The notes beneath the pieces are model-generated. The model was given only the letters and a program-made list of their open reading frames with translations. It had not been told where the DNA came from and did no database searches. A DNA stretch of 64,000 bases, taken from NCBI RefSeq assembly GCF_009914755.1, contig NC_060934.1; one strand, given 5' to 3'. Every line of letters begins with the position of its first letter. Position 1 is the first letter of the stretch. Below, one piece after another: positions 62,381 to 64,000 of the stretch. This DNA is from the human T2T-CHM13v2.0 reference genome, Homo sapiens. The position numbers and the translations under genes are program-made.

Positions 62381-62603
62381 TTAGCAACAACGAACTTCCC
62401 ACGGCCTGCAGCCCCCACGGACCACGCAGCGCATGTGATCCTAAGCAGAGGCGTGGCCTGTGAAGGGCCACCGTGCCACAAAAGCTGAGCTGCCACGTCC
62501 GTGCCTGTGAGGACCCCTGATGTCCTTGTAGCTCCCACACCCCACAGGGTGTCCTGGACACGGGACTGGCGTGTGCAGCCCTTGGCTGCCCCTGAGCGGC
62601 TCA

Positions 62604-63128
<525 letters not shown>

Positions 63129-63583
63129 TCATACAACGAGGAGCCCCAAGTCCGTGCGGCCCCCATGTGTGAGGCAGCCTTGTCTGAAGGCTGGGTGACC
63201 CCCGAGGAGGGAAGGACCAGTGGGCCTGACATGGTGGCTGCTGGGGCAGGCAGGTCAACACCTGGACCCTCCCCGCCTCCCTGGGCCCCACTAGGGCCTG
63301 GCTCCTGGCCAGGCTCCAAGGCCCCTCCTCCATCTGGCTTTCCAGGAGCTCATGGGGCCGGCCCTGGGCCCACTCCTCCTTGGGAGAGCGCAGCACCCCC
63401 ACAGGCCCAGCAGCTCACAGACCCCGTGGACGGGTGGGCAGAGGAGGCCCCGTGCCACACTCAAGGGCAGCCAGCGGCGGTGAGCTCAGTGGGAAAAGGG
63501 AGTGCCCAGGCCATCCGTGATGGCTCCATCTGGAGCTAAGTGGTCCCGGGGGCCCCACCACCCCCGGCTGTCTCAGATCTCTA

Positions 63584-63781
<198 letters not shown>

Positions 63782-64000
63782 CTAGGACAGACGTGTTCTC
63801 GGTCACGAAACCTGAATTCTAAACAGGGGACCTTGAGCCAAGATCCGAACCATTAAAAGATGGATGGAGCCCGCTCCTGATCCAGCCCGTGAAGGGCCTT
63901 AAACACGAGACCTCAGGCCCACCAGCGGCTGCACCACAAACCCAGCAGATGAAGCCCCACCCCCAGACGCCGAGGACGCAGCTGCCACCTGGCCTCCAGT

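Overview
This is mammalian DNA, almost certainly human or great ape: GC-rich and repeat-dense, not prokaryotic. The window lies entirely inside one large minus-strand gene, CFAP46 (TTC40; cilia- and flagella-associated protein 46, which I recall as human chr10q26.3). I traced 24 consecutive internal coding exons (63632-63781 down to 140-319). All have GT-AG boundaries and consistent phases, and they splice to 3768 nt / 1256 aa without a stop; the start and stop codons lie outside the window. The introns hold old L1 fragments, Alus, a near full-length Tigger1, a cluster of ERV1 LTRs (one nested), MaLR LTRs, a 1.1 kb CT tract and many minisatellites and tandem duplications. Almost all entries in the ORF track are artefacts of GC-rich or repetitive sequence. 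I see no evidence for a new multi-gene system. The most interesting pattern is tandem repeats that copy or mimic CFAP46 splice sites beside real exons. Also notable are an in-frame, stop-free 75-nt intron and a 63-bp duplication inside a coding exon. Gene identity and repeat subfamily names come from recall, not from a database search.
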